From positions 37,235-101,234 of the forward strand of contig JBASCW010000042.1 of the NCBI GenBank assembly GCA_049651845.1: DNA of 64,000 nucleotides. The letters are read 5' to 3'. Made by a program: the position numbers and the translations under genes. This document shows, piece after piece, positions 1 to 10,986 of this stretch. Numbering within the stretch: the stretch's first letter is position 1; each line of letters begins with the position of its first letter. The notes under the pieces were generated by a model that made no database searches, had not been told where the DNA came from, and saw nothing but the letters and a program-made list of their open reading frames with translations. The DNA is from Burkholderiales bacterium (lineage in GTDB: Bacteria > Pseudomonadota > Gammaproteobacteria > Burkholderiales > SG8-39).

Positions 1-169
1 CGGCGTTCAGCAGCGACCAGCAGATGTAGGTGGCGAACATCGCCATCTCGCCTTGCGCGAAGTTCACCACGTCGGTGGCTTCGTAGATCATCACCAGCGC
101 GAGCGCGAGCGCGGCGTAGATGCTGCCGGTGGCCAAGCCCGACACGACCTGCTGAATGAAGACGTCCAT
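1..169 (-). CDS. livH: Branched-chain amino acid ABC transporter permease (LivH-like), N-terminal fragment running off the window
   Basis: Reverse translation from ATG 169-167 gives MDVFIQQVVSGLATGSIYAALALALVMIYEATDVVNFAQGEMAMFATY, a typical LivH/BraD N-terminus; follows livG-livF on the same strand. Confidence 0.8.
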   Translation of the reverse strand, partial: MDVFIQQVVSGLATGSIYAALALALVMIYEATDVVNFAQGEMAMFATYICWSLLNA

Positions 170-172
170 CGT

Positions 173-910
173 CTAATATCCCAGATAGGACTTGCGGATC
201 GAATCGTCCTTGCGCAGCACCTCGGACGGGCCCTCGAGCACCACGCGGCCGGTTTCGAGCAGGAACACGTGATCGGCGAGTTCCAGCGCGAGCGACGCGT
301 TCTGCTCCACCAGCAGGATCGAAACGCCCGAATCCTTGTTGGCCGTGCGCAGGATGCGGAAGATCTCCTTCACGATCAGCGGCGCGAGCCCCAGCGAGGG
401 CTCATCCAGCAGCAGCAGGCGCGGGTTCAGCATCAGCGCGCGCGCGACCGCGAGCATCTGCTGCTCGCCGCCCGAAAGCGTGCCGGCGGGCTGCGCCTTG
501 CGCTCGCGCAGCACCGGGAAGTAGCCGTAGACGCGCTCGAAGTCCGCTTCGACGCCGGCGCGCGCCTTGCGTCCCCAGCAGCCGACGCGCAGGTTCTCCT
601 CCACCGTGAGCGTGGTGAAGGTGCCGCGGCCCTCAGGCGCGTGCGCGACGCCCAGGCGCACCACGTCCTCGGCGGCGATGCCCTCGATCGGCTTGCCGTC
701 GAAGCGGATGCTGCCGCTGGTGCGCACCATGCGCGAGATCGCGCGCAGGGTGGTGGTCTTGCCGGCGCCGTTGGCGCCGAGAATGGTGGTGATGCCGCCG
801 GCGCGAATCGAGAAGCTGACGCCGTGCAAGGCCTTGACGCGACCGTAGTAGGCCTCGAGGTTGGCGACCTCGAGCAGCGCAGCACCAGCGGCCTGTGGCA
901 TCGCGCTCAT
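173..910 (-). CDS. livF: Branched-chain amino acid ABC transporter ATP-binding protein (LivF-like)
   Basis: 245-aa ORF; Walker A GANGAGKTT, signature LSGGEQQ, Walker B LLLLDEPS; 4-nt overlap with livG. Confidence 0.9.
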   Translation of the reverse strand: MSAMPQAAGAALLEVANLEAYYGRVKALHGVSFSIRAGGITTILGANGAGKTTTLRAISRMVRTSGSIRFDGKPIEGIAAEDVVRLGVAHAPEGRGTFTTLTVEENLRVGCWGRKARAGVEADFERVYGYFPVLRERKAQPAGTLSGGEQQMLAVARALMLNPRLLLLDEPSLGLAPLIVKEIFRILRTANKDSGVSILLVEQNASLALELADHVFLLETGRVVLEGPSEVLRKDDSIRKSYLGY

Positions 911-1665
911 GCCGCCTCGCCCAGGTAGGCGCGGATCACTTCCGGGTGGCGCTGCACCTCGGCCGGATTGCCTTCGGCGATCTTGCGGCCGAAGTCGAGT
1001 ACGACGACCTTGTCCGACACGTCCATGACCAGGCCCATGTGATGCTCCACGAGCAGGATCGTGATGGTGTGCTCGTTGCGGACGCGCCGGATCAGCGCGC
1101 CGAGTACCCCGACCTCCTCATGGTTCAGTCCGCCGGCCGGCTCGTCGAGCAGCAGCAGCTTCGGGCGGCTGGCGAGCGCGCGCGCGAGTTCCACGCGCTT
1201 CAGCGTCGCAAACGGCAGGCCCGAGGCGGGGTGGTCGGCGATCGCGGCGAGGTCGAGGAAATCGATCAGTTCCCGTGCGTTCTTGCGTGCAATCGATTCC
1301 TCGCGCTCCACCCAGTTGAGCCACAGGGCGTTGCTCACGAAATCGCTCGAGGTGCGGCAATGCGCGCCGGTCATCACGTTCTGCAGGACCGTGAGCGTGG
1401 GGAACAGCGCGAGGTTCTGGAAGGTGCGGCCGATGCCCAGCCCCGCGATGCGGTGCGCCGGAAAGGCGAGCAGGTCGTTGCCGTCGAACTCGATCTCGCC
1501 CGTCGAGGGCGAATAGAGCCGCGAGAGGCAGTTGAAGAGGGTCGTCTTGCCGGCTCCATTGGGGCCGATCAGTCCTGCAATGGCGCCGGCGGGAACATCG
1601 AAGGAGACATCGTCGAGCGCAACGATGCCGCCAAAGCGCACGCCCACGTTCTGCACGCGCAGCAA
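907..1665 (-). CDS. livG: Branched-chain amino acid ABC transporter ATP-binding protein (LivG-like)
   Basis: 252-aa ORF; Walker A GPNGAGKTT, LLLLDEPAGGLN; TTG at 1665 is the longest start option. Confidence 0.9.
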   Translation of the reverse strand: MLRVQNVGVRFGGIVALDDVSFDVPAGAIAGLIGPNGAGKTTLFNCLSRLYSPSTGEIEFDGNDLLAFPAHRIAGLGIGRTFQNLALFPTLTVLQNVMTGAHCRTSSDFVSNALWLNWVEREESIARKNARELIDFLDLAAIADHPASGLPFATLKRVELARALASRPKLLLLDEPAGGLNHEEVGVLGALIRRVRNEHTITILLVEHHMGLVMDVSDKVVVLDFGRKIAEGNPAEVQRHPEVIRAYLGEAA

Positions 1666-1755
1666 CGCCCCTGCAGCACTCGTTCCGATAGACCCTCCTC
1701 CATCAGAAAACGATTCAGTCCGCGCGGCGCACGAACTGTTGCGTAACGTGTCGGA

Positions 1756-2577
1756 TTGTCGGACGATACATTTTTTCCGTCAAGCGACATTCAGCGAGTG
1801 GTGAGCGTTCCAGAGAAATTCCACCGCATCACCTCGACGCCGGCATACCGCCTCGTCGCGGAGGCGATCGAGCGCCAGATCCTGTCGGGCCGCATCCGGC
1901 CAGGCGAGCCGATCGGGACCGAGGCCGAGCTGGTCAAGCAGTTCGGGGTCAACCGTTCGACCGTGCGCGAGGGCATCCGGCTGCTCGAGCACGACGGCCT
2001 GATCCACCGCGAGTCAAATCGCCGGCTATCGGTCGGGCTGCCGCACTACGAGCGCCTGGCGACGCGCTCGACGCGCGCGCTGATCCTCGGCGAAGTGACG
2101 TTCCGCGAGCTCTACGAGGCCGCGATGGCGCTGCAGATGGCTACCATCGAGGCGGCCGCCGAGCGCGCGACGCCCGCAATGATTGGGGCGATGGAGGAGA
2201 ACCTCTCGCGCACGGCGCTGGTGCTGGGCGACCCGGCCGCGGTCGCCGTGCTCGACACCGAATTCCACGCGCTGATCGGCAAGGCCTCGGGCAACCGGGT
2301 ACTGCAGCTCGCGCGCGAGCCTTCGGACCTGCTGATCTTCCCGACCACGCGGCTGGTGCTCAGCCAAGTGAAGCAGGGGCCGGCGAGGCTGCTGGAGGCA
2401 CACCGCATGATGCTGGATGCGATCACGCGCCGCGACAAGGAGACCGCGCGGCTGTGGGCGCGCCGGCACATCAATGACTGGCGCAAGGGGTTCGAGCGCG
2501 CGGGCAACGATCTGGACCAGCCGATCGACAAGATATACCTTCGCTCCCTGATGAGAGAGGACAGCGCGGCCGGCTGA
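1756..2577 (+). CDS. GntR/FadR-family transcriptional regulator
   Basis: 273-aa ORF; N-terminal winged HTH (AYRLVAEAIERQILSGRIRPGEPIGTEAELVKQFGVNRSTVREGIRLLEHDGLI) plus helical FCD-like C-domain; TTG start uncertain, GTG near 1798 possible. Confidence 0.8.
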   Translation: MSDDTFFPSSDIQRVVSVPEKFHRITSTPAYRLVAEAIERQILSGRIRPGEPIGTEAELVKQFGVNRSTVREGIRLLEHDGLIHRESNRRLSVGLPHYERLATRSTRALILGEVTFRELYEAAMALQMATIEAAAERATPAMIGAMEENLSRTALVLGDPAAVAVLDTEFHALIGKASGNRVLQLAREPSDLLIFPTTRLVLSQVKQGPARLLEAHRMMLDAITRRDKETARLWARRHINDWRKGFERAGNDLDQPIDKIYLRSLMREDSAAG

Positions 2578-2578
2578 C

Positions 2579-4201
2579 ATGATCCGCTCCACGATGCAGC
2601 GCGTAGCGCTGTCGATCAACCCCCTGGTCGAGCGCGCCGGCAAGCTGTTTCCGCAGGTCGAGATCGTCAGCCGCCTGCCGGACAAGTCGCTGCGGCGCCA
2701 CCGTTTCGCGGATTTCCACCGGCGCACGCGCAGGCTGGGGGCGGCGCTGCTCGCTGCGGGCCTGAAGAAGGGCGACCGCGTCGCCACGCTGTGCTGGAAC
2801 CACCACGCGCATCTCGAGTGCTACTTCGGCATCCCGGCCGCGGGCGGAGTGACGCACACGCTGAACCTGCGCCTCGCTCCCGATGAGATCGGCTGGATCG
2901 CGAATCACGCCGAGGACCGGTTCCTCGTCATCGACGACATCCTGCTGCCGCTCTACGAGCAGTTCAAGGCGACGGCGAGCTTCGAGAAGGTGATCGTGGT
3001 GCCGTTCGGCGGGACGAAGATTTCTTCTCCGTTCTTGAACTATGAGGAATTCATTGACAGAGAAGAAGGATCATTCGGCTACGTTCCCCACGAGGAGGAC
3101 GATCCGATCTCGATGTGCTACACCTCCGGCACCACGGGACGGCCGAAAGGGGTGGTGTACTCGCACCGCTCGACCATCCTCCACACGCTGATGGCGAACC
3201 AGCCCGACCACTGGGGCCTCGGCGCCGGCGACAGTGTCTGCCCGGTCACGCCGATGTTCCATGCCAACTGCTGGGGCGTGCCGTACGGCTGCGTGATGAT
3301 GGGCATCAAGCTGGTCTTTCCCGGGCCGCACCTGCACCCGGAAGACCTGCTGACCCTGTTCCAGGCGGAAAAACCCAATTTCGTGCTGGGCGTGCCGACC
3401 ATCTGGCTGGCGATGCTCCAGCTGATCGAGAGCGATCCCGCCAAGTACGCGCTGCCGCCAGGCATGAAGATGCTGGTGGGCGGGGCGGCGGTGCCCGAGG
3501 CGCTGATCCGCGCTTTCGCGAAACACGGCGCGGAGATTCGCCAGGGCTGGGGCATGACCGAGACCAGCCCGGTCGCCTCGATCGCCTACCTGAAGCCGGA
3601 ACTGCGCGGCGTGCCCGAGGACGAGCGCTACCGCCGCTTCGCGTCCGCAGGGGTGCCCGTACCGGTCATGGAGATCCGGGTGCGCGGCGATGACGGCGCG
3701 GACCAGCCCTGGGACGGCAAGGCGGTCGGCGAGCTGCAGCTGCGCGGCCCGTTCATCACCGGCAGCTATCACAACGTGCCGCAGGCGCCCGAGCGCTTCA
3801 CCGACGACGGCTGGCTGCGCACGGGCGACGTCGCCTCGATCGACGCACATGGCTATATCCGCATCAGCGACCGGACCAAGGACCTGATCAAGTCGGGCGG
3901 CGAGTGGATCAGCTCGGTGGACATGGAGAACCTGCTGATGGCGCACCCGGCGGTGCTGGAGGCCGCGGTGATCGCGATCCCCGACCCCAAGTGGAGCGAG
4001 CGGCCGCTCGCCTGCGTGGTGTTCAAGAAGGACCGCAGCGCGACCGCGGAGGAGCTGCGCACGCATCTGTCCTCGGCCTTCGTCAAGTGGCAGCTGCCCG
4101 AGCGCTTCGAGTTTCTCGACGCGATCCCGCGCACCTCGACCGGGAAGTTCTGGAAGGTGAAGTTGCGCGAGCGTTTCCGCCCGGCGGAAGCGAAGGCCTA
4201 G
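2579..4201 (+). CDS. AMP-dependent acyl-CoA synthetase/ligase (long-chain fatty acid-CoA ligase-like)
   Basis: 540-aa ORF; adenylate-forming motifs YTSGTTGRPKGV, GWGMTE, TGDV...DRTKDLIKSGGEWIS. Confidence 0.9.
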   Translation: MIRSTMQRVALSINPLVERAGKLFPQVEIVSRLPDKSLRRHRFADFHRRTRRLGAALLAAGLKKGDRVATLCWNHHAHLECYFGIPAAGGVTHTLNLRLAPDEIGWIANHAEDRFLVIDDILLPLYEQFKATASFEKVIVVPFGGTKISSPFLNYEEFIDREEGSFGYVPHEEDDPISMCYTSGTTGRPKGVVYSHRSTILHTLMANQPDHWGLGAGDSVCPVTPMFHANCWGVPYGCVMMGIKLVFPGPHLHPEDLLTLFQAEKPNFVLGVPTIWLAMLQLIESDPAKYALPPGMKMLVGGAAVPEALIRAFAKHGAEIRQGWGMTETSPVASIAYLKPELRGVPEDERYRRFASAGVPVPVMEIRVRGDDGADQPWDGKAVGELQLRGPFITGSYHNVPQAPERFTDDGWLRTGDVASIDAHGYIRISDRTKDLIKSGGEWISSVDMENLLMAHPAVLEAAVIAIPDPKWSERPLACVVFKKDRSATAEELRTHLSSAFVKWQLPERFEFLDAIPRTSTGKFWKVKLRERFRPAEAKA

Positions 4202-4719
4202 TCGTCGTCGACGGCGTCGGCGCCGGCTGCGCGGCTTTCGGCTTCGAGCGCCTCGGCATGCGCCGCCGCCGAGGTCATGTCGCCCGTCTCGACCGGCCGG
4301 ACCAGGAAAAAGACTTGCCGGTCGGTGCCCGGCACCAGTTCGCGCATCAGCGTGCCCATCAGCCCCTCGAACATTCCGGACAGCAGCAGCTCGCCGCGGG
4401 CGACCGATCCGGGGACCTGGCCCAGCACTTCCAAAACCTTCAGGCGGCGCACGCCGACCAGCGTATAGCGCGCTACCCCCACGGTAATCGTGTTGCCCGC
4501 CGTGGGCGGCCGTGCAGCGGGCGGGAAGGGGCGCAGCAGCGCATACTTGTTCGCGGCCGCCTGCTCGAGCACCACGGGCGCCCCGGATTCATCGTTGAGC
4601 AGGTAGCGGAACGTGGACTGGCCGCTCGTGCCCTCGAGCAGCATCCTGCCCGCGACGCGCATCGGCTTGCCGCGGAACACGACCTGCGCATCGAGCGGGA
4701 AGACCTGGCTGTCGGCCAT
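4198..4719 (-). CDS. Hypothetical protein (173 aa), translationally coupled to the upstream GGDEF gene
   Basis: ATG at 4719-4717 overlaps the GGDEF stop (TGATG); the longer 455-aa track ORF is an Arg/Ala-rich over-extension; acidic C-terminal tail. Confidence 0.55.
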   Translation of the reverse strand: MADSQVFPLDAQVVFRGKPMRVAGRMLLEGTSGQSTFRYLLNDESGAPVVLEQAAANKYALLRPFPPAARPPTAGNTITVGVARYTLVGVRRLKVLEVLGQVPGSVARGELLLSGMFEGLMGTLMRELVPGTDRQVFFLVRPVETGDMTSAAAHAEALEAESRAAGADAVDDD

Positions 4720-5825
4720 CACGCCGCCTCGACGAGCACCGGCTGACCGCTCGCATCGAGTGCGACGACCTGGTCGCGCCCGGCCGCTTTCGCGTAGGAC
4801 AGGCCCGCATCGGCCCTGCCGATCAGCAGCCGCGTGTTCTCGCCCTTGCGGTGCTCGGCTACGCCGAGGGAGCAGCTCAGGTGGCGCCGGCCGTCCACCT
4901 CCGGCATGGCTTCGCGCGCCACCGAGGCGCGCACGCGCTCGGCCGCGACGACGGCGCCCTTCAAATCGGTATCGGGCATGATGGCGAGAAACTCCTTGCC
5001 GCCGTGCCGTCCGAAGACGTCGACGTCGCGCAAGGCGCCGGTCGCCGCTGCGGCAAAGCGCCGCAGCGCCACGTCGCCCGCGATCTGTCCATGCGCCTGG
5101 TTGAGCGCGCCCAGCCAGTCGAGATCGATGCGCGCCACCGACAATGGCTTGCCGATGCGCTCGGCGCGCGCAATCTCGCGCTCCAGCGCCTCGGTGAGGT
5201 GGCGCTGATGGTAGACGCCGGTGAGCGCGTCGCGGCTGGCGCGCTCGTTGGCCTCGCGCTCGAATTCGTGCAGGCGGCTGAGCGCAGCCGCGAGCCGCGC
5301 ACGCAGCCGCTGCACCGTGCCCGCCGCGTAGATCAGCCAGGCGAAGGCGAGCAGGAGCACGCCGAGCTGCAGGCCGGCCTCGGCCAGCGCGGGCCGTCCG
5401 CCCTGATCGATGCGCATGAACAACGCCGTGCCGTGCGTGACCAGCGCGAAGGCGGCGAGCAGGGCGAGGCGCGTGCGGTCGAGCGCCAGCGCGGCGAAGA
5501 CCATCGCCAGCACGTAGAGCAGCGGCATCAACGGTTGCGCGTCCGCTGCGCGGAAGCTGAGCCATGCGAGCAGAAGAAAGCCGGCCGCGATCTGGACCGA
5601 CAGGAAGCCCGCATCGGACCAGCGATCGCTCAGGCCGGATTCGATCGCCGAGTAGCCGAGCGCGGCGAGCAGCGCAAGCGCCAGCCAGCCGTCGATGGCG
5701 ACGCTGGCTGGCGCCAGTCCGAGGCCGGCCGCGAGCGCGAGCGCGAGCGCGGCGACTGCGAGCGCGCCAAGCGCGTTCCTGGATCGGCGCCGATTGCGCG
5801 TACGCGGACTCGGATGCTCAGGCAC
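4719..5825 (-). CDS. Membrane-anchored GGDEF-domain protein with degenerate active site (GGKEF) and intact RxxD I-site
   Basis: 368-aa ORF; N-terminal hydrophobic helices, then RDALTGVYHQRH...RDVDVFGRHGGKEFLAIMP. Confidence 0.85.
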   Translation of the reverse strand: MPEHPSPRTRNRRRSRNALGALAVAALALALAAGLGLAPASVAIDGWLALALLAALGYSAIESGLSDRWSDAGFLSVQIAAGFLLLAWLSFRAADAQPLMPLLYVLAMVFAALALDRTRLALLAAFALVTHGTALFMRIDQGGRPALAEAGLQLGVLLLAFAWLIYAAGTVQRLRARLAAALSRLHEFEREANERASRDALTGVYHQRHLTEALEREIARAERIGKPLSVARIDLDWLGALNQAHGQIAGDVALRRFAAAATGALRDVDVFGRHGGKEFLAIMPDTDLKGAVVAAERVRASVAREAMPEVDGRRHLSCSLGVAEHRKGENTRLLIGRADAGLSYAKAAGRDQVVALDASGQPVLVEAA

Positions 5826-5846
5826 GCGCGTCGAGCCCGGCGGCGC

Positions 5847-6023
5847 TCAGCTCGGCTTGTTGCCCGAAAGCGACTCGAGCAGGTCGCCCATGGTCTGGTC
5901 GGCCCAGTAGTTCGGATCCTTGTCGATCACGGCCTCGCCCTTGGCGATCAGGTCGGCGCTGATCTTGCGGCGCTGGCAGAAGCCGCGCCAGAACTGCTTG
6001 ACTTCCTCGGCGCTCATTTCCAT
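5847..6023 (-). CDS. Small hypothetical protein (58 aa)
   Basis: Start MEMSAEEVKQFWRGF... at 6023; the longer 89-aa track ORF would run through the tRNA gene. Confidence 0.45.
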   Translation of the reverse strand: MEMSAEEVKQFWRGFCQRRKISADLIAKGEAVIDKDPNYWADQTMGDLLESLSGNKPS

Positions 6024-6055
6024 GGCCGGCGTCCTCCCGTCAGGGGGTGGCTGAG

Positions 6056-6131
6056 TGGCTCCTCGACCTGGACTCGAACCAGGGACCTGCGGATTAACAG
6101 TCCGACGCTCTACCAACTGAGCTATCGAGGA
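6056..6131 (-). tRNA. tRNA-Asn (anticodon GTT)
   Basis: Reverse complement TCCTCGATAGCTCAGTTGGTAGAGCGTCGGACTGTTAATCCGCAGGTCCCTGGTTCGAGTCCAGGTCGAGGAGCCA folds as a cloverleaf; 7-bp acceptor stem, TTCGAGT T-loop, encoded CCA. Confidence 0.95.
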
Positions 6132-6202
6132 ATCGTTCGAAGGGCCGGAATTGTAGCGATTTTGCCGCGCCCCAGCAATGGCAACAGGGGCGGAAAACCG
6201 TT

Positions 6203-7420
6203 CTACTTGATGACCTTGGCGATGGCGTCGGCCACGTAGTCGATGTTCTTCGTGGTCAGCGCGGCGACGCAGATCCGCCCGGTCTCGATGGTGTAGATCG
6301 AGTACTCCGAGCGCAGGCGCAGCACCTGCTCCCGGGTCAGTCCGGAATAGGAGAACATGCCGCGCTGCCTCAGCACGAATGAGAAGTCCGCGCCCGGCAC
6401 GCGCTTCTGGACGCCTTCGACCAGCGCCTTGCGCATCGCCTTGATGCGGTCGCGCATCGCGCCGAGTTCCCGGTCCCAGAGCGCGCGCAGTTCGGGATCG
6501 GCAAGCACGCGCGCGACGATATCGCTGCCGTGCGTCGGCGGGTTGGAATAGTTGGCGCGCACGATCCGCTTGAGGTTCGAGAGCGCGCGGGCCGCCTCAT
6601 CGGCGCTGCCGGCGACGAGGCTGAAAGCACCCACGCGCTCGCCGTAGAGCGAGAACGACTTGGAGAACGAGCTCGACAGGAACACCGGCTGCGTCGCCTC
6701 CGCGAACAGGCGCGGCGCGTAGGCGTCCGCATCGGCGTCGTCGGCGAAGCCCTGGTAGGCAAGGTCGAGGAACGGCACCAGGCCGCGCGCCTTCACCACC
6801 TCGAGCACCTCGCGCCACTGCGCCTGGGTGAGGTCCACGCCGGTCGGGTTGTGGCAGCAGGAGTGCAGCACCACGATCGAGCCCGCCGGCATTGCCTGCA
6901 GCGCGGCCTTCATGGCGGCGAAATTCAGGCCGTGCGTCTTCGGGTCGTAATACGGGTATGCCTTGACCGTGAAACCGGCGCCTTCGAACAGGGCGCGATG
7001 GTTCTCCCAACTCGGTTCGCTGATCCAGACCGTGGCGGTGGGGCTGATCTGCTTGAGGAAGTCGGCGCCGATCTTGAGCCCGCCCGTGCCGCCCAGGGCC
7101 TGAAGCGTCACGACGCGCCGTTCTTTCAATGGGCTTGATTCTTTCGAAAAAACCAATTCCTGAACGGCTTTGTCATAAGCAGCGATGCCGTCGATCGGCA
7201 GGTAGGACTTGGGCGTGCCGCTCTTGACGCGCGCTTCCTCGGCGCGCCGCACGCACTCGAGCAGCGGCACCTTGCCGTTGTCATCGGTGTACACGCCCAC
7301 CCCGAGGTTGACCTTCTTCGGATTCTGGTCGGCAACATAGGTCTCGGTGACACCGAGGATCGGATCCTTGGGCGCCATCTCGACCGCGGCGAGCGGGGAG
7401 GGAGAGTGCGGAGCGTTCAT
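6203..7420 (-). CDS. tyrB: Aromatic/aspartate aminotransferase (class I, TyrB/AspC-like)
   Basis: 405-aa ORF; HNPTG and pyridoxal-lysine motif SFSKSFSLYGERVG; start could be 7420 or the internal Met near 7378. Confidence 0.9.
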   Translation of the reverse strand: MNAPHSPSPLAAVEMAPKDPILGVTETYVADQNPKKVNLGVGVYTDDNGKVPLLECVRRAEEARVKSGTPKSYLPIDGIAAYDKAVQELVFSKESSPLKERRVVTLQALGGTGGLKIGADFLKQISPTATVWISEPSWENHRALFEGAGFTVKAYPYYDPKTHGLNFAAMKAALQAMPAGSIVVLHSCCHNPTGVDLTQAQWREVLEVVKARGLVPFLDLAYQGFADDADADAYAPRLFAEATQPVFLSSSFSKSFSLYGERVGAFSLVAGSADEAARALSNLKRIVRANYSNPPTHGSDIVARVLADPELRALWDRELGAMRDRIKAMRKALVEGVQKRVPGADFSFVLRQRGMFSYSGLTREQVLRLRSEYSIYTIETGRICVAALTTKNIDYVADAIAKVIK

Positions 7421-7443
7421 CTGATAGACTGGAATGTTGATTT

Positions 7444-9495
<2,052 letters not shown>

Positions 9496-9501
9496 CGGTA
9501 C

Positions 9502-9927
9502 TCAGCGTTGCGCGAGTTGCGCCTGGCGCACGTCAATCGCGCGGCGCTCTGCCTGCCCGACTTCGCGGTCCAATCTTTCCTGGCGGCGCAAGTAGCGGGC
9601 GTTGACGACGATGCCGCCGGGCACCCTGTCGCTCTCGCCAGCCAGCGGCGCCATGGCCTTGCTGCGTTTCTGCTGGGCCTGCGCGAGCCTGCGCTCCGCC
9701 TCGAGTACGTTGACAGCGGCGGAGAGCCGCGCGGGAACGAGAGACCGTCTGCCGCGCGCCTTGGGCGCGTCGGAGTCCGCGGCAGCCTTCGGAACAGCTT
9801 CCGGAATTGTGTCGGCGCGATCGCTGAACGTCTTGTGGCCGTCGAGGCTGACCGTCGTGTAGATCGCCTGGGCCGATGCCGTTGTGGCGACAAGCGCGAG
9901 CGCGGCAGCGAGCAAGGTGGATTTCAT
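9502..9927 (-). CDS. DUF4124-like secreted protein
   Basis: Start MKSTLLAAALALVATTASAQA (signal peptide) at 9927, then IYTTVSLDGHKTFSDRAD typical of DUF4124; box 33 nt upstream. Confidence 0.7.
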   Translation of the reverse strand: MKSTLLAAALALVATTASAQAIYTTVSLDGHKTFSDRADTIPEAVPKAAADSDAPKARGRRSLVPARLSAAVNVLEAERRLAQAQQKRSKAMAPLAGESDRVPGGIVVNARYLRRQERLDREVGQAERRAIDVRQAQLAQR

Positions 9928-9960
9928 TTCCAGACTATCCACGCAACGCGAGCGACGGTC

Positions 9961-9976
9961 TGTGTGCTGCCCTACA
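9961..9976 (-). promoter_or_regulatory. Island box o (TGTAGGGCAGCACACA toward 9927)
   Basis: 9/12 defined consensus positions; exactly 33 nt from ATG 9927; GATAGT at +22..27. Confidence 0.5.
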
Positions 9977-10014
9977 TACTCACTCCGCGGTTTGCCGAGT
10001 GCCAAGGCGTCGCG

Positions 10015-10048
10015 AAAAGGCCCGGAGCGAAAATGCCGCTGCCGGGCC
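10015..10048 (-). terminator. Rho-independent terminator after the collagen-like gene
   Basis: Minus strand GGCCCGGCAGCGG-CATTTT-CGCTCCGGGCC followed by TTTT. Confidence 0.5.
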
Positions 10049-10074
10049 CGGACCTGCTTGCTGGAACAAAATGC

Positions 10075-10986
10075 TTAGAGGCTGCTCACCAGCACCTGGA
10101 CCTGGCGGTCACGTTGCAGCTTGGGATCACCGAAGCTGCCATATTGGATCTTATACGCCGGCACGCCCGCCTGCAGCAGCGCGTTACGCACGCTGGCGGC
10201 GCGGTCGCTGGTTCCGTCAAGGGCGACGGTGGCGTTCGGGTTCTGGTTCAGGTAGTTCACGATATCGGACACTTTGCTGTATTCCGAAGCACGCAGTTCC
10301 GACCTGTTGGCATCGAACCAGATGTCGCGGTACGGCGACCAGCGGCCGGGAGCGCCGGCAATGCCGCCCGGGCCTTGCTGACCCGTCGCGCCGATCGCGC
10401 CTTGCGGGCCGGTTGCGCCAGTCGCGCCTGTCGGGCCGGCTACGCCCAGCATCTCGGTGTTGCCCCGCGCTCCCGTGAATCCGGTTGCGCCTTGCGCGCC
10501 GGTGGCTCCCGTCGCGCCAACCGGGCCGGTCGGACCTTCGCGGGTCGGGCCTTGCGCGCCCGTGCTGCCGGCCACGCCTCGCAAGCCCGTAGCGCCCGTC
10601 GCACCCGTCGGACCGGCAGGCCCGGCGATGCTGGAGCCTTGCGCGCCCGTGGCGCCCATCGCGCCTTGCGCGCCCGTCGCGCCGGTAGCACCGGTCGCGC
10701 CCGCGCGGCCGACCACCATCTTGCCCTCGCTGCCCGTCGCGCCGACCGGACCTTGCATGCCTTGCGCGCCCGTGGCGCCCGTCGCGCCTGTCGGTCCGGC
10801 CATCGCCGAACCGGCCGCGCCTGTGGCGCCGGTGTAGCCTTGTGCGCCGGTCGCGCCGGTCGCGCCGGTCGGGCCGGCTGGGCCGACGTAGCTCACCGGC
10901 TCATTGGCGGGCTGCGTCGTTGCGCAACCTGCGGCGAACGCGGCGATCACGGCGAGTGACAGCGCGCTTTTCATTGCTGTTTTCAT
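10075..10986 (-). CDS. Collagen-like (G-X-Y repeat) lipoprotein with degenerate OmpA-like C-terminal domain
   Basis: 303-aa ORF; lipobox AAFAAGC (Cys21); aa 35-216 are G-X-Y triplets; C-terminus [10 protein letters not shown]...[34 protein letters not shown] resembles an OmpA C-like domain. Confidence 0.85.
   Translation of the reverse strand: MKTAMKSALSLAVIAAFAAGCATTQPANEPVSYVGPAGPTGATGATGAQGYTGATGAAGSAMAGPTGATGATGAQGMQGPVGATGSEGKMVVGRAGATGATGATGAQGAMGATGAQGSSIAGPAGPTGATGATGLRGVAGSTGAQGPTREGPTGPVGATGATGAQGATGFTGARGNTEMLGVAGPTGATGATGPQGAIGATGQQGPGGIAGAPGRWSPYRDIWFDANRSELRASEYSKVSDIVNYLNQNPNATVALDGTSDRAASVRNALLQAGVPAYKIQYGSFGDPKLQRDRQVQVLVSSL
10339..10884 (-). repeat. Collagen-type GXY coding repeat (five 29-codon units plus a longer terminal block)
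   Basis: Five blocks of exactly 9 GXY triplets separated by 2-residue breaks (MA, VV, IA, RE), then EML and 12 more triplets; GATGATGAQ recurs. Confidence 0.85.

Noticed and set aside
4198-5565. The 455-aa track ORF, and similarly over-extended track ORFs (14129..14896, 14769..15710, 41775..42971, 42464..43621, 50380..51660, 56054..56854)
   Set aside because: Only the C-terminal parts have protein-like sequence, signal peptides or family motifs. The N-terminal extensions overlap neighbouring genes and are Arg/Pro-rich, so internal starts were chosen.
6056-6131. tRNA-Asn as the integration site of the stress block
   Set aside because: Core genes (the aminotransferase and uvrB) lie between the tRNA and the block. 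There is no integrase, and I saw no direct repeat of the tRNA 3' end.
10339-10884. Short tandem DNA periodicity as a possible CRISPR array or VNTR
   Set aside because: It lies entirely inside one ORF and translates to G-X-Y collagen triplets. There is no repeat-spacer architecture and no cas genes in the window.
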